Shown: piece by piece, positions 24,501 through 36,151 of the stretch
Numbering within the stretch: the first letter of the stretch is position 1
Layout of the letters: every line of letters begins with the position of its first letter
Assembly: GCF_046119375.1 (NCBI RefSeq)
Contig: NW_027362771.1
Location: forward strand, 404,736,001 to 404,800,000
DNA: 64,000 nt
DNA from: Phyllobates terribilis
Lineage: Eukaryota
Direction of reading: 5' to 3'
The notes under the pieces: generated by a model
Seen by the model: only the letters and a program-made list of their open reading frames with translations
Database searches by the model: none
What the model was told of the DNA's origin: nothing
Made by a program: the position numbers and the translations under genes

Positions 24501-26548
24501 ACAGTAATTTTATTAATCTCACGAAAGTCCAGACAAGGACGTAAACCGCCATCTTTTTTTTTTACAAAAAAAAATCCAACAGCCACAGGAGACTTGGAAG
24601 GCCTAATGTGACCAGTGGCCAAGCTTGTCTGTATGTATTCCTCCAAAGCCTTTCTCTCAGGAATAGTAAGATTAAATAAACGACTCTTAGGAAGAGTCGC
24701 TCCAGGGACAAATTCAATGGTACAATCATAGTCTCTATGGGGAGGCAAAACCTGCGACTCCTCCTCAGAAAAAACTCTCCAAAAATCCTGAATAGGTACA
24801 GGCAATTCCCCTCTATCCACAGCAGCAATGCGCCCGTTTCAACACTTGTCATAACACTTAGGGCTCCAGGACTTAATTTCATTGGTAGACCAATCCAGTA
24901 CAGGATTGTGCAATTTTAACCAGGGTAACCCCAATATTACTGGAGAAGGCAAATTATCCAATACCACCAAATCCATATTCTCTTGATGAATACCATTAAT
25001 AGTGAGGGGAAATTCACAGACCTTGTGAGTAACACTCTTCAAGGGAGAGCCATCGACAGAAACCACAGCAATAGGGGATGACAAAGTTTTAGGTTCTAAT
25101 CTAAGTTTTTCCAAGAATCCCCCATCAATCACATTCAGAGTAGATCCACAATCCACAAATACCCGAAATTCAATTAATTCATCCTGAGCAGCAGTAGTGG
25201 CAGATAGGAATACTCCCTTAGAATTTAAACAGGCAATACGGGCATGACTGACCATTTTTTTTTCTTTCTTCATACGAAGCACACAGCTCTTAATCAAATG
25301 ACCAGAATTTCCACAATAGAAACACAAGCCTTCAGAAAGTCGGCGGTCTTTTTCCTGAGAGCGGGGTGTCATCGCCCCAATTTCCATCGGCTCACCATTG
25401 TCAGCACTGAACCTCTCAGGACTCGAAGCTGACATAGCAGAGGATTTGCTCTCATTAACCCTTGCACGCAGTCTCCTGTCCACCCGTATAGCTAATTGCA
25501 TTGCCTCCTGCAAGTTTCCAGGTGTGGGATAAGCAATCAGTAAATCCTTAACCCTTTCACTTAGCCCTGCAAGAAACAAGCTTTTCAAAGCTGAATCATT
25601 CCACCCCACCTGGGCAGACCACCGACGGAAGTGAGAACAATATTTTTCCACATTACCTGATCCCTGCCTCAAACGTCTTAATTCAGACTCAGCAGATGAG
25701 ACACGATCAGGATCATCGTACAATAAACCCAAAGCAGAAAAAAAACTATCCACTGATCTAAAGCACGGATCACTAGGTTGGAGAGAGAAGGCCCATCCCT
25801 GAGGATCTTTGCGCAAAAGTGACATTATGAACCCTATGCGCTGTGATTCATCACCAGAGGATCAGGGTCTCAAACGAAAATATAATAGACAAGAATTTTT
25901 AAAAGAAAAAAAATCTTGTTGTTCGCCAAAAAATAGATCAGGCAGACGTACCTTTGGTTCCACAAAATGCGCTCCAGAACAGCTACTCACGTGTTGTTGG
26001 AGCTTGGCCACCTCCAGAGAGAGTCCCTGCAAGCGTTGAGCCAAATCTTGCACCGAGACCATGATGGAAAACTGGAGGTCTTTCCTTAGAGAAAAATTTT
26101 TTTTTTTTTTTTTTTATGGCTGGACTTACTGTTATGATCTGCTACAGAGACTAAGGAAAGACAGGAGATCTGTCCCTACAATAGAACTAAACTAGATCCC
26201 TACGATGTAACGGGGAACCTGATCCTGCGATCAGACCCACTAAAGTCCTCAGCTAGTCTGTACGAAGACCTATAGATGTGAGGGAGGAATCCCTACAAGA
26301 ACTAGGAACTGGGAAAAGTTGGACACCTCCTAGCAGAAATCGTAGCAAAGACAAACACACAACAAAAAGTAAAGAGGTCAGAAGACCTAGCAAAACTAAC
26401 AGAGAACGGCAACAGAGCACCAAGCTAGCTCAACAGTAGTAAATACAAATGAAGTCCAGCAATGCCAGGAGGGCGGAGCCGGATTAAATAGGCAAAACTG
26501 GTCATGTGACCAGCAAACTAAAAAAAACCTAACAGGAGAGTTGTAACA
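21560..26548 (-). mobile_element. Full-length Ty3/Gypsy chromovirus (Tf1/sushi group), young insertion
   Basis: LTRs 26130-26548 (5', 419 bp) and 21560-21982 (3', 423 bp) differ by 3 substitutions and a 4-bp indel. 5-bp TSD TGAAC. PPT AGAAGAGGTGGTAC at 21983-21996. Confidence 0.98.
21995..26062 (-). pseudogene. Single-frame Gag-PR-RT-RH-IN-chromodomain polyprotein with three in-frame TGA stops
   Basis: ORFs 25862..26062, 24839..25825, 22691..24820 and 21995..22573 are all in one frame. Motifs: CCHC knuckle CFYCGNSGHLIKSC, protease VFVDCGS, RT YLDD, integrase HHCC and DDE (MDFITDL / SDRGPQF / GQTERKN), chromodomain YEISRIL...YLVAWKGFGPEDNSW. Confidence 0.96.
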
Positions 26549-27699
26549 TGAACCCAGGCTGCAACCTTCAATGCTGGAGTTCATGCGGACAGTAGATGGG
26601 AGACCCAAGATCCAGAAACTGGTGAGGGGACTGCGGGGCATAGGCTGGTTGGAAAATAGAAGGAGGCAAGCCAGGACTAGGGCCCGCTAGCCTCAAGGTA
26701 CCGACAGTTGTCATCCTGGGGGGAGGTTGTTACTTACGACTGGCAGCAGAGAAGGGGTCCATAGAAGAGTTTGGGACCAGTCATCACATCTTGTTCAACC
26801 AGTAGGCAGTAGAGATGGAACACCTGCCTCGAAGGCTGCAAGAGCTTACGGCTGGAACCAGGGTCATGTTCCTCTAAATGGAGGGGCAACATCTTTGGAA
26901 TGCAATGGATGTGATTGGAGAAGGAAGAGAGCAGGATGAACCCTTCTTGTAAAATGAAAGCATCCGAGTGTCAAACGCTGATCTGATTTTCTTACATGAA
27001 AGTATCGCAATACAGGTACGGAGAAGATGGAAAACATAATTTATAGTGTTGAGCGAGCATGCTCGACACTGCTCGGTACTCGCCCGAGCATCTCACTACT
27101 TGGGATGTTCGGCGAGCACCGAGAATTTCCGGGTTACTCGGGCGGGAGCTCTGGTCTCCGCATTGAAAGTTTGGTGCTCTTTACAGAGCCAATGAACATG
27201 CAGGGATTGCCAGCCAGTCACTGTAATGCCGCAGCCATGTTGTTTGTGGGCATTACAGTGATTGGCTGGCCGCACAGCATCACCTTGAGTATTTAAAACC
27301 GGGTGCCGCCATCTTGGACACAGTCGCTCTGGATCAGACAGCGTAGGGTCAGTGCTGCTGAGCTAGGGAAAGATTTATACTCCGAAAGAGTTAGTGTAGG
27401 GTCTCTAAAGCCTGCCAAATCAAAAAAACAGTCCTTCTCAGGACTAATATCCATCCCAGATATCAGGCAGGCAGGCTGTATAGGAGACGCAGTGGTTATA
27501 CCAGAAAACGCTGCATTACAGTCCTGTGTGCTCCTGTTGGTCAAATTGCTAGACTTATCACCCCAGGTCTCAGGGGCCAGGAAAAAATATTTTTTTTTTC
27601 ATCTAAATCCTGTATTTGTTTTTCCCTCAGTCAGACTGTCCAAATACGCGTCTTATTAACATTTTGGTATTCCCCCCCCCCCCCCCCCACACAAAAAAA

Positions 27700-28700
27700 A
27701 TTGAGTGTGTCTGTGACTGTTCAGACACCAATATGTCTGTTTAAAAGAGTCTGGTGTAGGCCAGAAAAATATAACTGTGGTTTGCAGTTCCACGGGTGAA
27801 ATCTCTGTATTATCCTGCTTTTGGCATTTTTTGCCATAAAAAAAAACTGTAATAGTGTCTCCCTGACTGGTCAGACACCAATATATCTGTTTAAATGAGT
27901 CTGGTGTACGCCACATAACTATAACTGTGGTTTTGCAGTTTCACTGGTCAAATCTCTGTATTATCCTGTTTTTGGCATTTTTTGCCGTAAAAAAAACCAG
28001 TAATAGTGTCTCCCTGACTGGTCAGACACCAATATATCTGTTTAAAAGAGTCTGGTGTAGGCCAGAAAAATATAACTGTGGTTTTGCAGCTCCACGGTTC
28101 AAATCTCTGTATTATCCAGCTATTGGTAATTTTTCCGTAAAGAAAAACAGTAATAGTGTCTCCCTGATTGTTCAGACACAAATATATCTGTTTGAAAGAT
28201 TCTGGTATAGGCCAGAAAAATATAACTGTGGTTTTGCAGTTCCACGGGTCAAATCTCTGTTTTATCCAGCTTTTGGTATTTTTTCCATAAAGAAAAACAG
28301 TAATAGTGTCTCCCTGATTGTTCAGACACAAATATATCTGTTTGAAAGATTCTGGTGTAGGCCAGAAAAATATAAATGTGGTTTTGCAGTTCCACGGTTC
28401 AAATCTCTGTATTATCCTGCTTTTGGTATTTTTTCCGTAAAGAAATACAGTAATAGCGTCTCCCTGATTGTTCAGACACAAATATATCTGTTTGAAAGAT
28501 TCTGGTGTAGGCCAGTAAATTAGAACTGTGGTTTTGCAGTTCCACGGTTCAAATCACTGGATTATCCAGCTTTTCACCTGTTTTACGTAAAAAAAAAAAA
28601 AATAGTGTCTCCCTGTCTGTTCAGTCACAAATATATCTGTTTAAAAGATTCTGGTGTAGGCCAGAGAAATAGAACTGTGGTTTTCCTCTTCCACGGATCT
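27700..28700 (+). repeat. 150-bp tandem repeat (about 7 units) in the hAT copy 3 5' arm
   Basis: CAGACAC anchor at about 27722, 27872, 28023, 28173, 28323, 28473 and 28622. Confidence 0.95.
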
Positions 28701-28765
28701 AATCTCCTTTTTATTACCCTTTTTCCATTGATAGTGTGAGTGTAAGCTATTTTACTTAATTTACA

Positions 28766-31700
28766 ATGGGCAAAGCGCGTGGCAAGGGACGTGGAACTGG
28801 ACGTTCTGGTGATGGTGCGTGTAGAGGACGGGGCCGTGGCCAAGGTGAAAATGTGCCACAACCAACAGCCACATCTTCTCGCTCCCACTTCTTGGCCAAA
28901 TTACTAGGGAACCACACTACAACACCAGTATTGCGAACTGATCAGTGTGAACAGGTTATTAATTGGATAGCAGATAATACTTCCAGTTACCTGGGCACCA
29001 CCACCTCCGGTCTGTCTTCCACACAGTCAAGTTTTTGTAGCCGTGAGTCTCGACCGCATACTCCTCCTCACCCTGATGCTCCTTCCTCCCACCATGCCGA
29101 TTGTCGTCAGACAGCAACTGATCCCACAGTTGGACACTCTGAAGAGCTGTTCACTGGTCCATTTCCATATTTGTGCCCCTCGCCTGCTCCGCTTGAAGTG
29201 GTGGAAGAGGAGGTCCCATGTAGCGATGCCCAAATATTTGAATAGCCACGGCCAGAGGAAGACAACGCTGGCAATTTGTCATAAGAGGTGGACGATGACG
29301 AGACACAATTGCCACGAAGTGAGGAGGAGGATCGTGGTGCGCAAGTGGAAGAGGAGGAGGTGGTGGATGATCTAGTAACTGACCCAACGTGGAAGGAGGA
29401 CACGCAGAGCGAGGCAAGCAGCACACAGGAGGAGGGAGGCAGAGTACCCCAACAGGCAGGAAGAAGCAGTGTGGTGGCCGCACACAGAAGGCGGGCAATA
29501 GTTCCCCGTAACACCAACACGAGGGACGTTGCCAGTCTAACCGGTAGGTCTTCCAGAGTCTGGAATTTTTTTAAAGACTCTGCTGATAACCCCAAAAAGG
29601 CCATTTGTACCACCTGCCATGCCAGCATCAGCAGGGGTGACAAAACTACCAGCCTGACCACCACCAGCATGATCAGGCACATGGCAGCAAAGCACCCGAC
29701 TTTGTGGGGCGAACCACAGGATCCACGACCAGTGTCAGCGGGTGTCACCACTGCTTCTTCCGCTGTTGTGCGTGTAATAGAACCCAATGTTGTGCGTGCA
29801 AGGCAATCCCCTGTAGATACTGCATGAAAAGATGCCCCCTCCTCTCAGTCTTCACTTGTTATGGCAGTTTCTCAAGAAACAGCATCAACGTTCACCTCCG
29901 TGTCCCACCGCAGCGCTCAATCGTCCATATCCCAGAGCTTTGAAAGAAAGTGCAAATTCGCAGCCAACGCCCCACAAGCCACACATCCGCACATTTCACG
30001 ACTGCTTGCATTGGAAATGCTGCCTTTTAGGCTGGTGGAGACGGAATCCTTCCGCAACCTTATGGCGGTGGCCGTCCCTCGGTACTCGGTCCCCAGACGA
30101 CACTATTTTGCCCGGTGTGCCATCCCCTAACTACACAAGCACGTGTCCCAAAACATCCGCCGTGCCCTCAACAACGCAGTTACTGAGAGAGTCCACCTGA
30201 CAACGGACACGTGGACAATTGCTTGTGGCCAGGGACGGTACATCTCCCTGATGGCACACTGGGTAAACATAGTGGAAGCCGGGACCCAGTCGGACCTTGG
30301 GACGGAACACACACTGCCCACACCGATGAATTGCGGGCCCTATGTCAGTCAGAGTTGCCCCCACAGTCTACAGCTCCTGCACCTCATTCTCCTCCTCCTC
30401 CTCATGTTCAGCCTCCATCTCAGATATCACCACATCAGTTACAAGCTGGAAGCACTGCAGTACTGCCTCAGCTAAGCGGCAACAGGCTGTGCTAAAACTC
30501 TTAAGCTTAGGTGATAAACCTCACACTGCTTGTGAGTTGTGGACAGCTGTGAAAGAGCAGGCAGATCTGCGGCTGAGACCGCTGAACCTACATCCAGGCA
30601 TGGTCGTGTGTGACAATGGCCGTAACCTGGTGGCGGCTCTGAGGCGAGGCGAGATCACACACGTACCATGCCTGGCTCATGAGCTTAACCTTGTGGTACA
30701 GCGATTTCTTAAATCGTACCTGAGTTGCCAGATCTGCTCGTCAAAGTACGCCGCCTGTCAGCTCATTTTCGCAAGTCGGCTGCAGCTTCTGCCGCCTTTG
30801 CTGTGTTGCAGCAGCGTTTGCAGCATCCGGCACACCGACTGGTGTGTGATGTCCCCACACGTTGGAACTCTACCCTCCACATGTTGCAAAGGATTTGTGA
30901 GCAGAAGAGAGCAGTTGTGGAGTACCTGCATCAACAAGGCCGTCGATATTCAGGTCAGACTCCACACATAAGACCTCAGGAGTGGACCTGGATGTCAGAC
31001 ATATGTACCATCCTGACAAACTTTGAGGAGTCCACCAAGATGGTGAGTGGCGATGATGCCATCATTAGCGTTAGCATCCCACTTGTCTGTCTTTTGTAAC
31101 GTTCTCTGCAGAGAATTAAAGAGGAGGCATTGCAGCCAGACTATGATGAGATGGATCAAGAAGCCATAGCGGGCGATTACACACAGCCCAGCCTCATCTC
31201 ATCCCAACGTGCATTGGGGGACAATGAGGGAGAGGAGGAGGAGGAGCAGGAAGAAGAACAGGAGCTGGTATCATGCGCTGTAGACGGTAGTACCTCTACA
31301 ACTGTCATACCATCGGTTCAGCGTGGGTGGCCTGAGGACAGGGGGGAGGAGGAGATCATGGTCAGTCGTCATCTTGGTGAGGACACGGAAGTCTTGCCCG
31401 TTACCAGTCTGGCACGCAAGGCTGACTTTATGTTATGCTGCCTTAACCACGACCCTCGCATTGTAAAAATGTTGGGTGACAGTCATTACTGGTTGGTGAC
31501 ACTTATAGACCCCCGCTACAAGGAGAACTTTCACTCTCTTATTCCTGAGGTGGCGAGGTCTATAAAAATGGGGCAGTACCAGAAGGCCCTTGCTGCAGAA
31601 CTGTTAAAAAAATTCCCATCTGAACACGCTAGCGACAGATGTCACAGTTCGTTGACCAACCAAGGCGTACAGGCGAGAGAGACGCAACTCCAATCCAGCA

Positions 31701-32109
31701 GGAGAGGGGAACACTGTCAACATTCTGGTACAGTTTTCTGAGACCCGCCCAGCTTACAGGTCCTGAGGCGAGGGGTACTCTCACAAGGAGTGGAAAGTTT
31801 CAAAAGATGGTGAGGGAGTACCTTGCCTACCGTACCAGCGTCCTCTGTGATTCCTCTGTGCCTTTTAATTATTAAGTATCCAAGCTGGACACTTGGAATG
31901 AACTTGCTCTGTACGCCTTGGAGGTCCTGGCCAGCCCTGCCGCTAGCGTGTTATCGGAGCGTGTTTTTAGTGCCGCTGGGGGAATTATAACTGATAAGCG
32001 CACTCGCCTGTCAACTGACAATGCTGACAAGCTGACCCTTATCAAAATGAACAAGGGCTGGATTGGGCCAGACTTCTCATCACCACCAAATGACAGCAGA
32101 GTAACATAA
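28766..32109 (+). pseudogene. hAT transposase pseudogene (about 1100 codons)
   Basis: MGKARGKGRG N-terminus, BED finger VWNFFKDSADNPKKAICTTC...HMAAKH, LTTDTWT, VVCDNGRNL, CLAH, PTRWNST, SVLSERVFS. Broken by stops and frameshifts. Confidence 0.94.
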
Positions 32110-32390
32110 AGTCAAATCCACTTTGTTATTTCGGGAGGTGTATTCCCATGCACCGATTCACACCCACACGTGGGTATACGCTTCCTCATTTCAGCTGTAT
32201 TTTGCTCTTCTCCTTATCCTCAGCCTCCACCAACACTATACCACCAGGGTGAACTTGTTCTGTGTTGCCTGCATTGCAAGTTCCTCCCTCCTAATTTTTG
32301 GCTGCTTTTGCTTGGAAGGCATAGGCAAAGACTATGGGAGACCCACTCCCCAATAATGGGAATAATGTTTTTAAGATGCTGTACTGCATG

Positions 32391-35300
32391 GCTCTTCCAG
32401 GGGGCATTAAAACCATCTTGTTAGGCTACTGCGACCTACACCATTTCTCCAAGGGGCATTAAAACCATCTTGTTAAGCTACTGCAACCTCAACCACTTTT
32501 CCCAGGGGCATTAAAGCCGTCTTGTTAAGCTACTGCGACCTCCACCATTCTTCCAAGGGGCATTAAAACCATCTTATTAAGCGACTGCTACCTCCACCAC
32601 TTTTCCCAGGGGCATTAAAACCGTCTTGTTAAGCTACTGCGACCTCCACCACATTTTCAATGGGAATTGATATTGTCTTTTTATTCCACTGCGACCTCCA
32701 CCTCTCTTCCAAGGAGCATTAAAACCGTCTTGTTAAGCTACTGCGACCTCCACCACTTCTCCAAGGGGCATTAAAACCATCTTGTTAAGCTACTGCGACC
32801 TCCACCACTTTTCCCAGGGGCATTGATATTGAATTTTTATTCCACTGCGACCTCCACGTCTCTACCAATGGGGCATTAAAACCGTCTTGCTAAGCTACTG
32901 CGACCTCCACCACTTCTCCAAGGGGCATTAAAACCGTCTTGTTAAGCTACTGCGACCTCCACCACTTCTCCAAGGGGCATTAAAACTGTCTTGCTAAGCT
33001 ACTGCGACCTCCACCACTTCTCGAAGGGGCATTAAAACCATCTTGTTAAGCTACTACAACCTCCACCATTCTTCCAAGGGGCATTAAAACCATCTTGTTA
33101 AGCTACTGCAACCTCCACCACTTTCCCCAGGGGCATTAAAAGCATTTTGTTAAGCTACTGCGACCTCCACCACTTCTCAAAGGGGCATTAAAACCATCTT
33201 GTTAAGCTACTGCGACCTACACCACTCTTCCCAGGGGCATATATACTGTCTTTTTATTCCACTGCGACCTCCACGTCTCTTCCAAGGAGCATTAAAACCG
33301 TCTTGTTAAGCTACTGTGACCTCCACCACTTCTCCAAGGGGCATTAAAACCATCTTGCTAAGCTTCTGCGACCTCCACCACTTCTCCAAGGGGCATTAAA
33401 ACCATCTTGTTAAGCTACTGCGACCTCCACCATTCTTCCAAGGGGCATAAAGACCGTCTTGTTAAGCTACTGCGACATTCATCACTCTTCCAAGGGGCAT
33501 TAAAACCGTCTTGTTAAGATACTGTGACCTCCACCACTTCTCCAAGGGGCATTAAAACCGTCTTGTTAAACTACTGCGACCTCCACCATTCTTCCAAGGG
33601 GCATGAAAACCGTCTTGTTAAGCTTCTGCAACCTCCACCACTTTTCCCAGGGGCATTAAAACCGTCTTGTTAAGCTACTGCGACCTCCAGCACATTTTCA
33701 AGGGGCATTGATGTTGTCTATTTATTCCACTGCGACCTCCACGGCTCTTCCAAGGGGACTTAAAACCATCTTGATAAGCTACTGCGACCTCCACCACTTC
33801 TCGAAGGGGCATTAAAACCATCTTGTTAAGCTACTGCGACCTCCACCACTTCTCGAAGGGGCATTAAAACCATCTTGTTAAGCTACTGCGACCTCCACCA
33901 TTCTTCCAAGTGGCATTAAAACCGTCTTGTTAAGCTGCTTTGACCTCCACCACTCTTCCAAGTGGCATTAAAACCGTCTTTTTAAGCTACTGTGACCTCC
34001 ACTGCTCTTCAAGGGGCATTAAAACTGTCTTGTTAAGCTACTGCAAACTCCACCATTCTTCCCAGGGGCATTGAAACCGTCTTGTTAAGCCACTGCGACC
34101 TCCACCATTCTTCCAAGGGGAATTAAAACCGTCTTTTTAAGATACTGCGACCTTCACCGCTATTCCAAGGGGCATTAAAACTGTCTTGTTAAGCTACTGC
34201 GACCTCCAACATTCTTCCAAGGTGCATTAAAACCATCTTGTTAAGCTACTGCAACCTCCACCACTTCTCCAAGGGTCATTAAAACCGTCTTGTTAAGCTA
34301 CTGCGACTTCCAACACTTCTCCTAGGGGCATTAAAACCATCTTGTTAAGATACTGCAACCTCCAGTATTCTTCCAAGGGGCATTAAAACCGTCTTTTTAA
34401 GCTACTGCAAGCTCCACCACTTTTCCCAGGGGCATTAAAACCGTCTTGTTAAGCTACTGCGACCTCCACCACATTTTCAATGGTAATTGATATTGTTTTT
34501 TTATTCCACTGTGACCTCCTCGTCTCCTCCAAGGGGCATTTAAACCGTCTTTTTAAGCTACTGCGACCTCCACCGCTCTTCCAAGGGGCATTAAAACCAT
34601 CTTGTTAAACTACTGCGACCTCCAACATTCTTCCAGGGGGCATTAAAACCATCTTGTTAAGCTACTGCGACCTCCACCATTCTTCCAAGCGGCACTAAAA
34701 CCATCTTTTTAAGCTACTGTGACCTCCACCACTCATCCAAGGGGCATTAAAACCGTCTTGTTAAGCTACTGCGACCTCCACCGCTCTTCCAATGGGCATT
34801 AAAACCGTCTTGTTAAGCTACTGCGACCTCCACCACTTTTCCCAGGCGCATTAAAACCATCTTGTTAAGCTACTGTCATCTCCACCATATTTTCAAGGTG
34901 CATTGATATTGTCTTTTTAATCCACTCTGACCTTCACGTCTCTTCCAAGGGGCATTTAAACCATCTTGTTAAGCTACTGCGACCTCCAACATTCTTTCAA
35001 GGGGCATTAAAACCGTCTTTTTAAGCTACTGTGACCTCCACCACTCTTCCAAGGGGCATTAAAACCGTCTTGTTAAGCTCTGCGACCTCCACCGCTCTTC
35101 CAAGGGGCATAAAAACCATCTTGTTAAGCTACTGCGACCTCCACCACTTTTCCCAGGGGCATTAAAATCATCTTTTTAAGCTACTGCGAACTCCACCACA
35201 TTTTCAAGGGGCATTGATATTGTCTTTTTATTCCACTGTGACCTCCACGACTCTTCCAAGAGGCATTTAAACCATCTTTTTAAGCTACTGCGACCTCCAC

Positions 35301-36151
35301 CGCTCTTCCAAGGTGCATTAAAACCGTCTTGTTAAGCTACTGCGACCTCCACCATTCTTCCAAGGGGCATTAAAACAGTCTTGTGAAGCTACTGCGACCT
35401 CCACCATTCTTCCAAGGGGCATTTAAACCATCTTTTTAAGCTACTGTGACCTCCACCACTTTTCCAAGGGGCATTAAAACCGTCTTGTTAAGCTACTGCG
35501 ACCTCCACCGCTCTCCCAAGGGGCATTAAAACCGTCTTGTTAAGCTACTGCGGCCTCGACCACTTTTCCCAGAGGCATTAAAACCATCTTGCTATGCTAC
35601 TGCGACCTCCACCACTTCTCGAAGGGGCATTAAAACCATCTTGTTAAGCTACTGCGACCTCCACCATTCTTCCAAGGTTCATGAAAACCGTCTTTTTAAG
35701 CTACTGCGACCTCCACCGCTCTTCCAAGGGGCATTCAAACCGTCTTGTTAAGCTACTGCGACCTCCACCATTCTTCCAAGGGGCATTAAAACAGTCTTGT
35801 TAAGCTACTGCGACCTCCACCACTTCTCCAAGGAGCATTAAAACCATTTTGTTAAGATACTGCGACCTCCACCACTCTTCCAAGGGGCATTAAAACCGAC
35901 TTGTTAAGCTACTGCGACTTCCATCACCTTACCCCGGGGCATTAAAACTGTTTTGTTTACCTAATGCGACCTCCACCACTTCTCCAAGGGGCATTAAAAC
36001 TGTCTTGTTAAGCTACTGTGACCTCCACGTCTCTTCCAAGGGGCACTTAAACCATCTTTTTAATCTACTGCGACCTCCACCGCTCATCCAAGGGGCATTA
36101 AAACCATCTTGTTAAGCTACTGCGACCTCCACCACTCTTCCAAAGGGCATT
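32391..36151 (+). repeat. 52-bp satellite array, about 72 units
   Basis: Consensus AAGGGGCATTAAAACCGTCTTGTTAAGCTACTGCGACCTCCACCACTTCTCC. 52-bp period confirmed at 32401 and 32453. Confidence 0.98.

Noticed and set aside
22691-25864. Programmed read-through at the three TGA codons in gag-pol
   Set aside because: The positions (mid-gag, after protease, inside integrase at a conserved Trp) do not fit known read-through sites. TGG-to-TGA and CGA-to-TGA transitions explain at least two of them.
26549-27043. Possible LINE 5' UTR/ORF1 or host exon interrupted by the Gypsy insertion (continuing from about 21440-21559)
   Set aside because: No recognisable protein motif or splice evidence could be established by eye.
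27927-28523. 198-aa and 177-aa ORFs with 50-aa repeats
   Set aside because: These are by-products of a 150-bp (multiple of 3) tandem repeat, open on both strands, in a non-coding transposon arm.
32391-36151. CRISPR-like array
   Set aside because: Units are contiguous homologous 52-mers with no unique spacers, there are no cas genes, and the context is eukaryotic.
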